Shown here piece after piece: positions 1-11,151 of a DNA stretch of 37,688 nt. The stretch is taken from contig NC_068992.1 in the NCBI RefSeq assembly GCF_001194135.2, forward strand, positions 57,557,008-57,594,695, written 5' to 3'. This DNA is from Octopus bimaculoides (lineage: Eukaryota). Made by a program: the position numbers and the translations under genes. The notes under the pieces were generated by a model. The model worked only from the letters and a program-made list of their open reading frames with translations. It was not told where the DNA came from and did not search any database. The stretch's first letter is position 1. Each line of letters starts with the position of its first letter.

Positions 1-78
1 GCCAGAATAAATTTATTGGAAGCCAAGAAACTACCAAACAGAAAGAATTCTGGAAAGAAATAAAAAATCTAAAACATA

Positions 79-484
79 CATCATCATCATTAATGACCCC
101 TTTTTCATGCTTGCATGGGTTGGATGGAATTTGTCGAGGTGGAAATTTTTTACAGCCAGATGCTCTTCCCCTCTGCCAGCCCTTCCCAGTCTCCAAATAA
201 GGTAATAATAGGTACCCAGGACCAGACATGTCTTTAAGGTTGAAAACGAAGGACAGCACTTGCATGAGAGTGACACTCGCTTACCGCTACCAAATGCTGT
301 CGAATCAAGGACACACACACACACACACACACACACAATTGGCTTCTTTTCAGTTTCTGTCAACCAAATCCACTCTGAAGGTTTCGGTCAGCTTGGGACT
401 ATGATAGAAGACACTTGCCCAACATGTCACACAAAGGCTCTGAACCTGAAACCATGTGGTAGAGAAGCAAATTTCTTAACCACA
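79..484 (-). mobile_element. tRNA-derived CORE-like SINE with (GAT)n tail (local family 1b), diverged near-full copy
   Basis: Reverse complement of head/CORE-like region (gaagacacttgcccaa; ctgaacctgaaaccatgtggt), internal (CA)n, then tail ending in catcatcatcat; homologous to copies at 14890 and 25030. Confidence 0.75.
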
Positions 485-612
485 ATTCTGAAATGATTAA
501 CAACAATTTCATTCCTTTATTACGGGGGAAAACCAGCAAAGGAGAAACAAGAACGACTCAGTCTTCATTCGAATTAGAAACCAGAATCGTGATATACAGT
601 GTCATCATTTAA

Positions 613-833
613 CCCTTTAGCATTCAGATTATTTTGTCAAATGCAATGCTTATTAACGCATATTGTTTTGAATTAAACATGCATTTTCATGTAGCTTCAA
701 GATTTCGATGATGCGATTGTTTATTTGTAAGAATGACATTATAGGGTCTGTGTAAGAGGCTGGATCTGGCCAGTTTGAACATAAAACAAGCAGAACATTT
801 CAGCCGGATATGGCCGTTTTAAATGCTAAAGGG
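613..833 (+). mobile_element. piggyBac-like MITE (local family A)
   Basis: 12-bp TIRs CCCTTTAGCATT/AATGCTAAAGGG flanked by TTAA (609-612) and TCAA (834-837). TTAA target and CCC...GGG ends are piggyBac hallmarks. Homologous to 8391 and 31695. Confidence 0.8.
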
Positions 834-837
834 TCAA

Positions 838-1070
838 TGTCCACTTTTCCATGCTTGCATGGGTCAGAGAGAATTTTGCTGAGGCAGATTTTCTGTGGTT
901 GGATGCCCTTCCTGTTGCTAACCCTTCCCTATTTCCAAGCAAGGTACTCTCTCCCTATGGCCAGACATGTTTTTCCAGAGAAGACTGGAAACAAACAACA
1001 CCACTTGTGTGATGGTGATGCTCATTTACAACTATCACATTATGGCTAGACAAAGGTGTACACACACACA
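838..1070 (-). mobile_element. 3' half of family 1b SINE
   Basis: tccacttttccatgcttgcatggg...ggatgcccttcc...aaggta...gccagacatgt, homologous to 79-310 and 15080-15300. Confidence 0.7.
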
Positions 1071-1089
1071 ACACACACATACAGTGGAA

Positions 1090-1530
1090 TGACAGTTCTG
1101 GTTGCAGAGATTGCATTTGTAGGCGCTGTCTGCCATCCATGTCTTGATGCAGTTTTCTCTTGTTTTTTCTTGGATGTTTTTTTTTCCTTTAGAGGGGAAT
1201 ACTTTGCTTCAGCAGTAACCCCACTGCCCCTTTCTCTTTCACCTCTCATCTTTTTAATACTCTGCCTAGTTCTATTCTCCAGTGGGAGTAATAGTTTTTC
1301 ACTGTCCTTCTGCCACACACAAATGCATGCTAACACACATATATATATAAGAATCCATCACTCTTCTAAGATCTGTATCCAGAAAGACTTGTTTCAGGCT
1401 TGTTGGTGTAGTAACATCTGCAGTAGCTGTTGAGACCTACATCAGAATGAGTCCTGGTTGCAGAGATTGCATTTGTAGGCGCTGTCTGCCATCCATGTCT
1501 TGATGCAGTTTTCTCTTGACATTTTTTTGT
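1090..1530 (-). mobile_element. two decayed RTE-clade LINE 3' end remnants (ORF2 C-terminal Cys/His motif)
   Basis: Both copies translate as ADSAYKCNLCNQ. One continues NCHSTV; the other, after a 2-nt deletion, HSDVGLNSYCRC. The merged CxxCxxxCHSxVGLxS resembles the RTE/BovB-like ORF2 C-terminus (recognised from memory). Confidence 0.5.
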
Positions 1531-2199
1531 TTTTTCATGAGGGTTTTTATTTACATTTTGGGGGGNNNNNNNNNNNNNNNNNNNNNNNNNNNNNNNNNNN
1601 NGCTACACACACGCAGATATCAATGTAATTATTCACTGCCCTTGAGTAGAAAAGAAGGGGGGAAAAAAAAAGCATAGAACTTCATTCACACACACACACA
1701 CACACACACAACCACAAACATATTGTTTGTGTATGATAAACAATGATTTGCAGCAAAGCATAACAAACAGAGCTAGCAGAACATGTACAGAAGAAAGGAG
1801 CTGAATAGAGAGGAGGGGGAGGGGGCCACACAGCATGAAAAAAAAAAAAATTCCGTAAAAATAAACACCTACATCTTCATAATAAAAACCATGGATGTTC
1901 TAAAAGACAAAAAGAGTAAATAATAAACTTAATTAATAAAGTAAAAAAAAGAGAAAAAAAAAAGGAATTTGATAAGAAACAAACAAAAAAATACAAATAA
2001 GAGGAAAAAGATGAAAATAAAGCAGAAGATAAAAAAAAAACACAAAACAATACCTGTTCAACCAAGAGTTATGAAGAACTAAGGGCTTTTGCAATAAGAA
2101 CGGAGAAGGGGAAGGGGTGAATTAAACTAGTTCTTACCAAACTACAGTTTATATAATTATTTAATACTAACTGATAATGACAAATTACTGAACCTTTAT

Positions 2200-2447
2200 A
2201 ATAATAATAATAATCATAAAAATTCTTTCTATTAAAAGCACAAGGCCAGAAATTTTTTTTTTTTTTATGGTGCGGGGAATACTCCATTACATCAACTCCA
2301 GTGTTCCACTGATACTTAATTTTATCAACCTTGAAAGGATGAAAGGCAAAGTTGACCTAGGTGGAATTTGAACTCAGAACGTAAAGACAGAAGAAACACC
2401 GCTAAGCATTTCACCTAGCATGCTAACGATTCTGCCAGCTTGACACC

Positions 2448-2491
<44 letters not shown>

Positions 2492-3515
2492 CCTTTCTAC
2501 TGGAAGCACAAGTCCTCAAATTTGCAAGAAGGGGTTAAGTCGATTACATTAACCCCAGTGTATAACTGGTACTTATTTAATCGACCCTGAAAAAAATGAA
2601 AGGCAAAACAGATCTCAGAAGAAATGTCACTCTGCATTTTTCCCCGTGTACTAATGATTCTGTTAACTCACTGCCTTAAGAGCATTCAGAGCATGCAAAC
2701 CTCCGCCAAGGCAACACCAACATCTTCTCAACAATTACCCTTATCAGATAAGTCATGATGGGTATATCGGGTTTTATATATTTATACTCTAGTGTTACTT
2801 TGATGGTATGCATTACTCTCTCACTAAATAATAATGATAATAATAATAATAATTAATATTATTATTATTTCAAATTTTATTGCCACAAGGGCAGCTTGGG
2901 GATGAGTCAATTACATCGACCCCAGTGTTCAACTGGTACTTATTTTATCGACCCCCAAAGGGATGATATGCAAAGTCGACCTCAGCGGAATTTGAACTCA
3001 GAATGTAAAGAGCCAGAACAAATACTGCTGGAACATTTCTTTTTCCAATGGCCTAACAATTGTACCAAGTCTCCAGCTTTAGCAAGGCTAGCAATCTCTT
3101 GAGGTGAAGGTGTTAGTTGATTAAACTGACCAAAGTACTTGAGCTCTCCTTTATTTTATCACCTACCAACCCAACCACACACACACAAACACAAAAAAAA
3201 AAGATTAAAAGAAAAGTCAACCTCAGTGAGATTTGAACTCAGAAAGTAAAAAAGCCAAACAAACTACTACAAGGCATTTAATTAATTCATAACAGTTATA
3301 ATTTCTAACATTGGCAGAGAGCCACACATTATGGGGAGGAGAGAGTACAGACAACTTAAAAAGACTTTTGTACTTCAACAGTGTTTTATGTTAATGATAA
3401 TGGGTATGATGAAAGCTGAAAGCCAAAGTCAACTTCAATAAGTCTTGAACTTGGAATATAAAGGATCAAAACTAAATATTGCTAAACATTTTATCTAATG
3501 ATCTACCAACTCTGC
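2200..3515 (-). mobile_element. cluster of five head-to-tail Meta-like tRNA SINE copies (approx. 2200-2449, 2451-2678, 2830-3075, 3100-3290, 3300-3515)
   Basis: Each carries reverse-complemented gaaaggcaaagtcgacc...tttgaactcag and tacttattttatcgacc modules; the first three have (AAT)n tails on the left. Homologous to + copies at 7484 and 21352. Confidence 0.75.
2678..2738 (+). mobile_element. possible 5' end of a Helentron-associated non-autonomous element (fragment)
   Basis: aagagcattcagagcatgcaaacctccgccaaggc resembles, from memory, the AAGAGCACTCAGAGAGCGCA.ACCTCCGCCAAGG start of such elements; the rest is absent. Confidence 0.3.
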
Positions 3516-4580
3516 TAAATACCTAATAGCTGAAATAAAAATGAAAATTTAAATGTTTACTAATTTACTAAAATTAGAGTAGTTTAGAGTTTGGCAATTC
3601 TATTATGAAAGACAGACAAAACAATGTTAAGTTAAATGAAATATCACACTATTTGATATGAAATATATACAAAGGTTGAAAGATCAACCGAAGATGTAGT
3701 CTCATGATAAGATGAAGTAAAGAATAGATGTATGTATGTACACACAAACACGTACATATCTATTGATGTAAATTGGAATGAGCAAGAATACCTTGTGGTA
3801 TTTACTGACAGAGTTAGCTCCCCTTTACACCACAGGGGGGGAAATAACTGAGTCAATAGAACCAACCTTACTAAAATAAGTACTAAATGAAATAATCAAT
3901 ATTAAGAAAAATGAATGAAGAAATAAATCCTTTGAAGAAAGAGCTCCAGCATGGCCACAGCTCAATGACCAATTACCAGCAAAAGAAACAGTGAAAAAAC
4001 AAAATGGAAATAACAGCTGTCATGCAAAATAATAACAGGTGCAATAGAAAAATAGTTTATTAGTGAACCTGAGAAAGAACCAAAGTAAAACCAGACGTAC
4101 AATACTATTAAAACACACAGCGACCTTACGACAGAAAATGTGATTACATTAATATGCTATACTTTGATGATATCACCAAATATGTACAATGCCCCTAAAA
4201 ACACACAGCAGTACCATACATTAAATAAGGTATCATATATTCAGATGTTATCACTAACGTCAAGGAATTGGGTTTTACTTTGTGGTTATAAACAAAAGGA
4301 AGGAAAATGTGTAGCCATTTCATTTTCATAAGGGTTACATTACATGAGCTCAAGGATTTGAAAGGGGGGAACATTTCTTGTTTAGGCTTAAGGTTTTTTA
4401 ATGGAAAAGGACAAATTTCTTGACCAAGCTCCAGGGCCTTTGATTAAATGGTGGTAGATTCATATGAAAGGGGACAGGAAAATGAGATTGTGTAACAAGC
4501 ATGGCTGTTAGTTTAACAATGTGAATGAGGTGAAATAACTACAACCAGGGATGAAAAACCAGGTAAGAGATTTAGCTCAC

Positions 4581-4613
4581 CAGGAGCATATATCTATTCA
4601 ACAGTAATTGCTG
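4581..4613 (-). CDS. candidate 33-nt internal exon (QQLLLNRYMLL), host gene unknown
   Basis: Acceptor tcttatttttctcag|cag (NAGNAG), donor ctg|gtgagc; length is 3n and one frame is open. Splice signals only, no homology. Confidence 0.25.
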
Positions 4614-4708
4614 CTGAGAAAAATAAGATTAATAACATTAACCCTTTTGATACTAACCTGCCTGAAACTGACCCGGATTCTATAATACAAACTTCTAGTT
4701 TTAAAGAG

Positions 4709-4995
4709 ATCATCATCATCACCATTGCTTAATGTCTGCTTTCCATGCTGGCATGGATTGGACAGTTTGACTGAGAACTGGTAAGCCGGGAGGCTGCACC
4801 AGGCTCCAATCTGCTCAGGCAATGTTTCTACAGCTGGATGCCCTTCCTAACACCAACCACTCCTAGAGTGTAGTGGGTGCTTTTTATGTGCCACCGGCAT
4901 GGGAGCCAGTCAAAGCACTGGCAACGACCACACTTGAATGGTGCTTTTAACATGTTACTGGCATGGGAACCAGTCAGGCAGCACTGACATCGCCA
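4709..4995 (-). mobile_element. (GAT)n-tailed retroposon, probably RTE-mobilised (local family 4)
   Basis: catcatcatc...ctttccatgctggcatgg...ggctgcaccaggctccaatctg...cagctggatgcccttcctaa; homologous to 6948, 10035, 19310 and 35872. Confidence 0.8.
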
Positions 4996-5033
4996 AAAAT
5001 CTTCCATCAAAATTTTAAGTTAATTTATGTACT

Positions 5034-5420
5034 GTTGTTGTTGGCACTCCATCGCTTAGGACGTCAAGGGTTCCAGTTGATCCGATCAACGGAACAGCCT
5101 ACTCGTGAAATTAACATGCAAGTGGCTGAGCACTCCACAGACACGTGTACCCTTAACGTAGTTCTCGGGGATATTCAGCGTGACCCAGTGTGACAAGGCT
5201 GACCCTTTGAATTACAGGCACAACAGAAACAGGAAGAAAGAGTGAGAGAAAGTTGTGATGGAAGAGTACAGCAGGGTTCGCCACCATCCCCTGCCGGAGC
5301 CTCATGGAGCTTTAGGTGTTTTCTCTCAATAAACACTTACAACGCCCGGTCTGGGAATCGAAACCGCGATCCTATAACCGCGAGTCCACTACCCTAACCA
5401 CTGGGCCATTGCGCCTCCAC
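5034..5420 (-). mobile_element. full-length tRNA-derived SINE with (CAA)n tail (local family 3)
   Basis: A-box TGGCCCAGTGG and B-box GGTTTCGATTCC on the minus strand; exact 12-bp TSD aatttatgtact at 5022-5033 and 5421-5432. Confidence 0.92.
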
Positions 5421-5864
5421 AATTTATGTACTAAAAACCAAGTTAATAACAGCAAAGTTATTTTATTAAATTCTTCATTACTTCCAAAATTAATTGAAAC
5501 AAATATGGCAAATTTAAGGGTTGAGTTTGCGATGACAAAATGTCACCAAGGTTTATAGGGAGGGAAGAACTGTGTGATGATGAGACCATGTTAGATTTAT
5601 GCATTTCTTAACAAGTCTCAAATGAATTATGAGCAAGCCTCAAAGCAAACTGTAATGAGCACAAGACAGAAATAAAGAGTGGGTTTGTAAGAGTTTAGCC
5701 TAGCAAACCCTGCTCTATGGATATTTCTAGAAAAAAAAAAAAAGATTAGCTCCTGGTGAGGTTTGAAACCAATGTTAATGGCTAAATCCTAAAGATTTAG
5801 TGAAATAAAAACAAGGCGCTGTGAGTGTGTTTTAATTGAATTTCAAAAGAATATAACCATACAC

Positions 5865-5868
<4 letters not shown>

Positions 5869-5903
<35 letters not shown>

Positions 5904-6128
5904 NNNNNNNNNNNNNNNNNNNNNNNNNNNNNNNNNNNNNNNNNNNNNNNNNNNNNNNNNNNNNNNNNNNNNNNNNNNNNNNNNNNNNNNNNNNNNNNNN
6001 NNNNNNNNNNNNNNNNNNNNNNNNNNNNNNNNNNNNNNNNNNNNNNNNNNNNNNNNNNNNNNNNNNNNNNNNNNNNNNNNNNNNNNNNNNNNNNNNNNNN
6101 NNNNNNNNNNNNNNNNNNNNNNNNNNNN

Positions 6129-6179
<51 letters not shown>

Positions 6180-6206
6180 TAGATAGATAGATAGATAGAT
6201 ATAGAT
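5869..6206. repeat. (TG)n / gap / (AT)n / (AGAT)n compound microsatellite
   Basis: Read directly; N gap 5904-6128 lies inside. Confidence 0.9.
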
Positions 6207-6754
6207 ATACATACACAGATTTCTAAAAATACATTAGCAATTTTTTTTTTAAAGACATACATTCTGTGCTAAACAACAACAACCAAACAATATTATAATA
6301 ACAATAATAACAATGATAATAATAATAAGAAGAAAAAGAATAAGAATAATAATGATTAAAAACATTACAAGTTGCACCATCACCAAATGTACACTGACTG
6401 GATATTAGAAAAAAACTAAGATGCATGGCATTTACTTGATTTGGACCTACTCGAGAATGCTTTAATCCATGGTGCTGTAATGGCAGCAAAATGGTCAACA
6501 GCAAAGGTGCGTCATAGGGCAAAGAGTACGATCCACTGGGAGAAGATGTCTGCCAAATTTCAGAAAGAGAAGAATACTTTTTCGTTTTTAATATGAAGAA
6601 CAAACAAACAAAAAAAAAATAAATAAATAGAGTGAGAACAATCAGTGGTTTTAGAAGAAACACCAGCTCATTCCTTTCACACCAAAAAATGAAGGAAAAA
6701 TAACAAAAGCAATGGAACTAGAGGAGGAGGAGGGAGAGAAAGAGAGAGAGAGGG

Positions 6755-6810
6755 GTACAAAGGGAGAGGTACAAAGGGAGAGGTACAAAGGGAGAGGTAC
6801 AATGGGAGAG
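6755..6810. repeat. 14-bp tandem repeat x4 (gtacaaagggagag)
   Basis: Three exact copies and one with a single substitution. Confidence 0.95.
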
Positions 6811-6947
6811 CTTTTATACATCCACTCAAGCTGCTAGAAATAGTGACCAAATCTCCACCAAATCCCACCCTATTGTCTCTCCACCAAATTCCCATTATTG
6901 CCATTAAAACAAAAATAAATAAAAGCAAACACAGATGCAATCAACAA

Positions 6948-7172
6948 TCACCATCATCCTCATCATCATCATCATCCTCATCATCATCATCATCATCCTC
7001 ATCATCATCATCATCACCAGACGGTTCAGCTGGACTTGGCTAGCCAGAGGCCTGCACCAAGCTCCAATGTCTGCTTTGGCACAGTTTTTACAGCTGGATG
7101 CCCTTCCTAATGCCAACAGCTTCAGAAAATTTACTGAGTGCTTTGTACATGGCCTGGGCACTAGTGCTATCA
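6948..7172 (-). mobile_element. family 4 retroposon with expanded (CAT)n tail
   Basis: gcctgcaccaagctccaatgt...tacagctggatgcccttcctaatgccaac following about 65 bp of (CAT/CCT)n. Confidence 0.75.
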
Positions 7173-7483
7173 CAAAGTAGCTCCCAAGACAAGGCCCCAC
7201 AACCCCCACAACTGAGGTGCACTTATAGTACTGAGGGAGGTGGCTTTCAGCCAAATATGACAGGGGCATAGAAGCAGATGACTTGCTGTATGAGAGATAT
7301 TTAGTTATCCCAGTTGAAGAAGAGAGACGTTGGTGGTAAAAATGTGCCAGGGCATACCCTCAAGTTACAGAATTGGGCAGTCATGGTTGAAATGGATTTG
7401 ATCACTGGATTTGATTATGCTTGGTCAAGGCTGACTTGGGACTAATCAACAACACTGAAGAGATTTTAATAGTTCGAAACACA

Positions 7484-7700
7484 GAAGGTAGCAAACTGGT
7501 AGAATTGTTAGCACACTGGGCAAAATGCTTGGTGATATTTCGTCTGTCTTTACATTCTGGGTTCAAATGCTGCCAGGGTTGACTTTGCCTTTCATCTTTC
7601 AGGGTTGATAAAATAAGTACCAGTTACGCACTGGGGTCGATATAATCGACTTAGCCCCTCCTTTGAAATTGCCGGCCCTGCACCAAAACTTAAAGCCAAC
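7484..7700 (+). mobile_element. Meta-like tRNA SINE
   Basis: B-box gggttcaaatgc, then gactttgcctttcatctttcagggttgataaaataagtaccag, which resembles the Meta-SINE central domain (from memory). Confidence 0.8.
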
Positions 7701-8390
7701 ATTTAGAAATACAAGAGATCAGAGAACATTGCAAGGAGACTCATTCTGTCACCTAGTTATACAACGCCACCATCACAAGGGTACTTGGGTACCGTCAGTA
7801 AACAGCCTAATCTGTTGTATTCACAGCAAGTCACCAATTCGACGATATCACAATAACAGAAGTGATCCCTAACTTGTTCTATTCTCCACCCCCAGAGTTG
7901 GAAGCCCTGTGAAATGTACATAGCATTGCCCATCAAAATAAAGTAAGTCATTACCAGTGATGGCTGACAAAAGAGATAGGGCCACACTTATGTAATTTTA
8001 CTAGCAATAAATTAAATGGATGTCTGTTAGGTTTACTCAGCTGAATACCAATTCTGTCTAAGTAGTTAGGGATTCCACAGACATGCATACCGTTAATGTA
8101 ATTCTGAAGCAGAGTCAAGGTAACTACCATGTGTGACAAGGCTGGGATCTTAATTACAGGTACAATCCATCTTGTAAATGGCTGAGTATTCCACAGTTAC
8201 ACACCTAATAGATGTGTATTCAATTGCCATCTACTAGTTTTCACTCATGAGCCACTGGACGATGGGAGACTGTGGTAGAAACACTTGCCCAAGGTGACAT
8301 ACAGTGATTCAAACCCAGATCTGTGCAACTGCAAAATGGACTCCTTTAACCAGCCAGCCATGCCAACACCCATTTAGTACAAAACTTTAA

Positions 8391-8597
8391 CCCTTTAACA
8401 TTCAGATCACTCTGTCAAATCTAATGTTTGCTAATTCTTATTCTTTTGAATTAATCATACATTATTTTGTAGCTTTGAGATTTCAATGATGTTATAGTTT
8501 ATTTTTACAATGGCATTGTAGGCTAAGTGTGAGAGGCTGGATCTAGTTGATTAAGAGATAAAATAGGTAGAATATGGACAGCTTAAATGCTAAAGGA
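8391..8597 (+). mobile_element. piggyBac-like MITE family A, diverged
   Basis: TTAA|CCCTTTAACATT ... AATGCTAAAGGA; interior homologous to 613-833. Confidence 0.75.
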
Positions 8598-8963
8598 TTT
8601 AATTGGTAACAATGCTGATTTAGTATTTTAGGATTTAGACCACATATTTACTTGAAAGTTGGAGACAGAGTTAGAAACAACATAGCTAAGGATAAAGCAT
8701 GCTAAAGCTGTTGTGAAGAATTTCTTTGAAAAAGAACAAACCCATACTAGCACTTGGGAAAAAAAAAAGAGAAACCTACCTCTACCCTGCACAGCCAAAA
8801 AACTTACTGTCCTCTACCAACATAGTGTGGGGTTCAAATCTCATTTTTAATACAATTCAGTTTACTAGTTAACACTAGTTCAGCCCTAAACAAGTAAATT
8901 TACAGAGCTACTAGGCTTTCCAAACATGACCATCCTGTGTTTTTATCTAGTCTATTTCGATGA

Positions 8964-9145
8964 GTGGAGGTGCATAGCTTAGTGGTTGGTTTCAATTCCT
9001 GGACTGGGCAATTTCATGTTGCTCCAGTTCACTCAGCTGGCAAAGATGCATAAACTTACAATGGACTGGTGTCCCATCCAGAAGAAATATAACCACAAAA
9101 ACCTGGAAGAGTTTGTATGACTTGAAAAGGAGCTTTATTCCTTTT
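8964..9145 (+). mobile_element. internally deleted tRNA/CORE-like SINE (local family 6)
   Basis: gtggaggtgcatagcttagtgg...ttcaattcctggac...gttgctccagttcactcagctggcaaa; homologous to 30703. Confidence 0.65.
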
Positions 9146-9254
9146 TCTAATCCTATTTTGGTAACAGTTGGTTATGATTTGAGAGAGATTTGGCTGATAT
9201 TTCTAGCAGGTTTAGAGACTCTTTTCATGGTTCAGTTAACTTTGTTTCTTATAA

Positions 9255-9600
9255 GGATTGTGACAAAAAAAAAAATGGGTTAGAAATGCAACAGGTAAGG
9301 AGTGAAATAGGTGACCATCAAAACAAAATTTGCGATAAGAAAGGGGTGAAACATTTGGTGATAAGATTAAGGGTTGTGACAAGAAAAGGGTTAGAAACAT
9401 AACAGAAACAGTGAAATATTTGGTGATCAAATTAAGGGTTGAGACAAGAAAGGGTTTAGAAATGCAACAGAAACAATGAAATATTTTGATGATTAAATTA
9501 AGGAGTTGGAGCAAAAAAGGGGTTACAAATGTAACAGGAATAGGGTGAAACTTTTGATCATCAAAATAAAAGGTATATGACAAGAAAGAAGTTAGAGATA
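9255..9600. repeat. degenerate ~65-bp minisatellite, about 5 copies
   Basis: Unit gtgaaatatttggtgatcaaattaagggttgtgacaagaaaagggttagaaatgcaacagaaaca restarts at 9346, 9411, 9476 and 9545. Confidence 0.85.
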
Positions 9601-10034
9601 AAACAGCAACAGACAGACATATTTTATCATTAAAACAAAGTGTATTTATATCAAGTCATCTCAGAAAATGATGTAAGATTTCAGAACAAAGGAAGAACTT
9701 TTACTTTTACATAAACTTGTGTTCTTTTCACTTCTCATTTTAGTAGGCCTGTGGCCATTTCTGGAAACCAAATTCAGGGATTTTTCCCCACCGTTTTTTT
9801 TTTTTTTTTTTTTTTGTTGAAGTAGTTTATATTAACCCCTTCCTGATATTTCGGTAAATATTTTATCAGAACTATAAGAAACAAAAGGGACACATACTTG
9901 GTTTATAGGGAGGTAACTAAGTAGGAGCAAATTACTGCAAGGTGTCTGCGGCACTGATTTCATTCACTCCCTGTTAACACACACAAATCATCATCATCAT
10001 CAACATCAACATCATTATCATTTTATTCCCGTGC

Positions 10035-10293
10035 AGGTAGAATGTAAAAAACACCTTTTGAGCATGGTCGTTGCCAGAACCAACTGACTGGCCCTTGTTC
10101 CGGTGGCATGTAAAAGCACCCACTACGTTCTCGGAGTGGTTGGTGTTAGGAAGGGCATCCATCTGAAACAACTTTGCCAGATCAGATTGAGCCTGGTGCA
10201 GCCTTCTGCCACACCAGTCCCCAATCAAACTGTCCAACCCATGCCAGCATGGAAAGCGGACGTTAAACGACAACGATGATGATGATGATGATG
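10035..10293 (+). mobile_element. family 4 retroposon
   Basis: ttaggaagggcatcc...gagcctggtgcagcc...ccaacccatgccagcatggaaagcggacgttaaacg followed by (GAT)n. Confidence 0.85.
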
Positions 10294-10295
10294 TC

Positions 10296-10508
10296 AACTA
10301 TTACATGCTCGCATAGGTCAAATTGAAATTACTGAGGCAGATTTTCTTCAGCGAGATACCCTAGCTGTAGCTAACCTTCAGCTGTTTCCAAATAAGGGAA
10401 GAATTTCTCACATGGCTAAGTATGATTTTTACAGAAGATAGGAAACAAACAACACTGCTTGACTGACAATGATGTTCATTTACAACCATCACATGTTAAG
10501 ACATGTAA

Positions 10509-10530
<22 letters not shown>
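10296..10530 (-). mobile_element. 3' half of family 1b SINE
   Basis: ctgaggcagatttt...ctgtttccaaataagg...catttacaaccatcacatg, homologous to 838-1070. Confidence 0.65.
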
Positions 10531-10550
<20 letters not shown>

Positions 10551-10559
10551 TTGTGTGAG

Positions 10560-10745
10560 TGTGTGTCTTTGTATCTGTGCTGGTCTGTTTACGTCCCTAC
10601 TTAGAGGTTCAGCAAAAGAGACTGATAGAATAAATACTAGGCTTAAAAAAAAATCCTGAGGTTGATTTGTTTGACTATAAACCCTTCAAGGCGGTGCTCC
10701 AGTATGGCCATAGTCAAATGACTGAAACAAGTAAAAGAATAAATA
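10560..10745 (+). mobile_element. 3' half of family 1a SINE
   Basis: gcaaaagagactgatagaataaatactaggctt...ggcggtgctccagtatggcc...atgactgaaacaagtaaaaga matches 12300-12440. Confidence 0.8.
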
Positions 10746-11063
10746 AGAGAGATAACTCTGAGTTTGTTTGAACATTATGACTACCTCATCAGTGATGAGG
10801 ATACATCAGCATATTTACTGGAATAAATCCACCCCAAAAATTAGGGGCATTCAATAATAGTTCCTTGTTATATAGAATTCCCTTTCAGTTACCTCCTCTC
10901 AGGCCCATTTACCTAATTCACTTCATTCTTCTTTATCAAAGGTTGATAAAATTAAATATGAGAAAATACTGATTCTGATACATTCCACTTCAACAAAAAA
11001 AAAAAAGGAAAGAAAATAAATCCACTGAATGCTGGTACCCCAGTCCAAATAATAAAAGAACAA

Positions 11064-11151
11064 TTATAGGGGGATGTGGGGTGGATCAAAATCAACAGGG
11101 AAATTTTTTTTAGTGTCTGGAACATTCATATCATCATCATTTTTAAAGCTG
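11064..11151 (-). CDS. candidate terminal coding exon (SFKNDDDMNVPDTKKNFPVDFDPPHIPL*)
   Basis: Strong acceptor t11cttcacag, then 28 open codons of non-repetitive composition to TAA. No homology recognised. Confidence 0.25.

Larger units (their letters stand above)
4642..5520 (-). mobile_element. piggyBac-like MITE (local family B) split by two SINE insertions
   Basis: TTAA|CCCTTTT at 4638-4648 and AAGGG|TTGA at 5516-5524. Segments 4642-4708, 4996-5033 and 5433-5520 align to the reverse complement of the intact copy at 31197-31417. Confidence 0.7.

Noticed and set aside
2054-2085. Short minus-strand exon candidate
   Set aside because: 25 or 32 nt (not 3n), weak AAAAG acceptor context, no supporting evidence.
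5797-6262. ORFs of CV/YI/TH repeats and X runs (also 15641-15936, 27572-28127, 33529-33930)
   Set aside because: Translations of dinucleotide microsatellites and assembly gaps.
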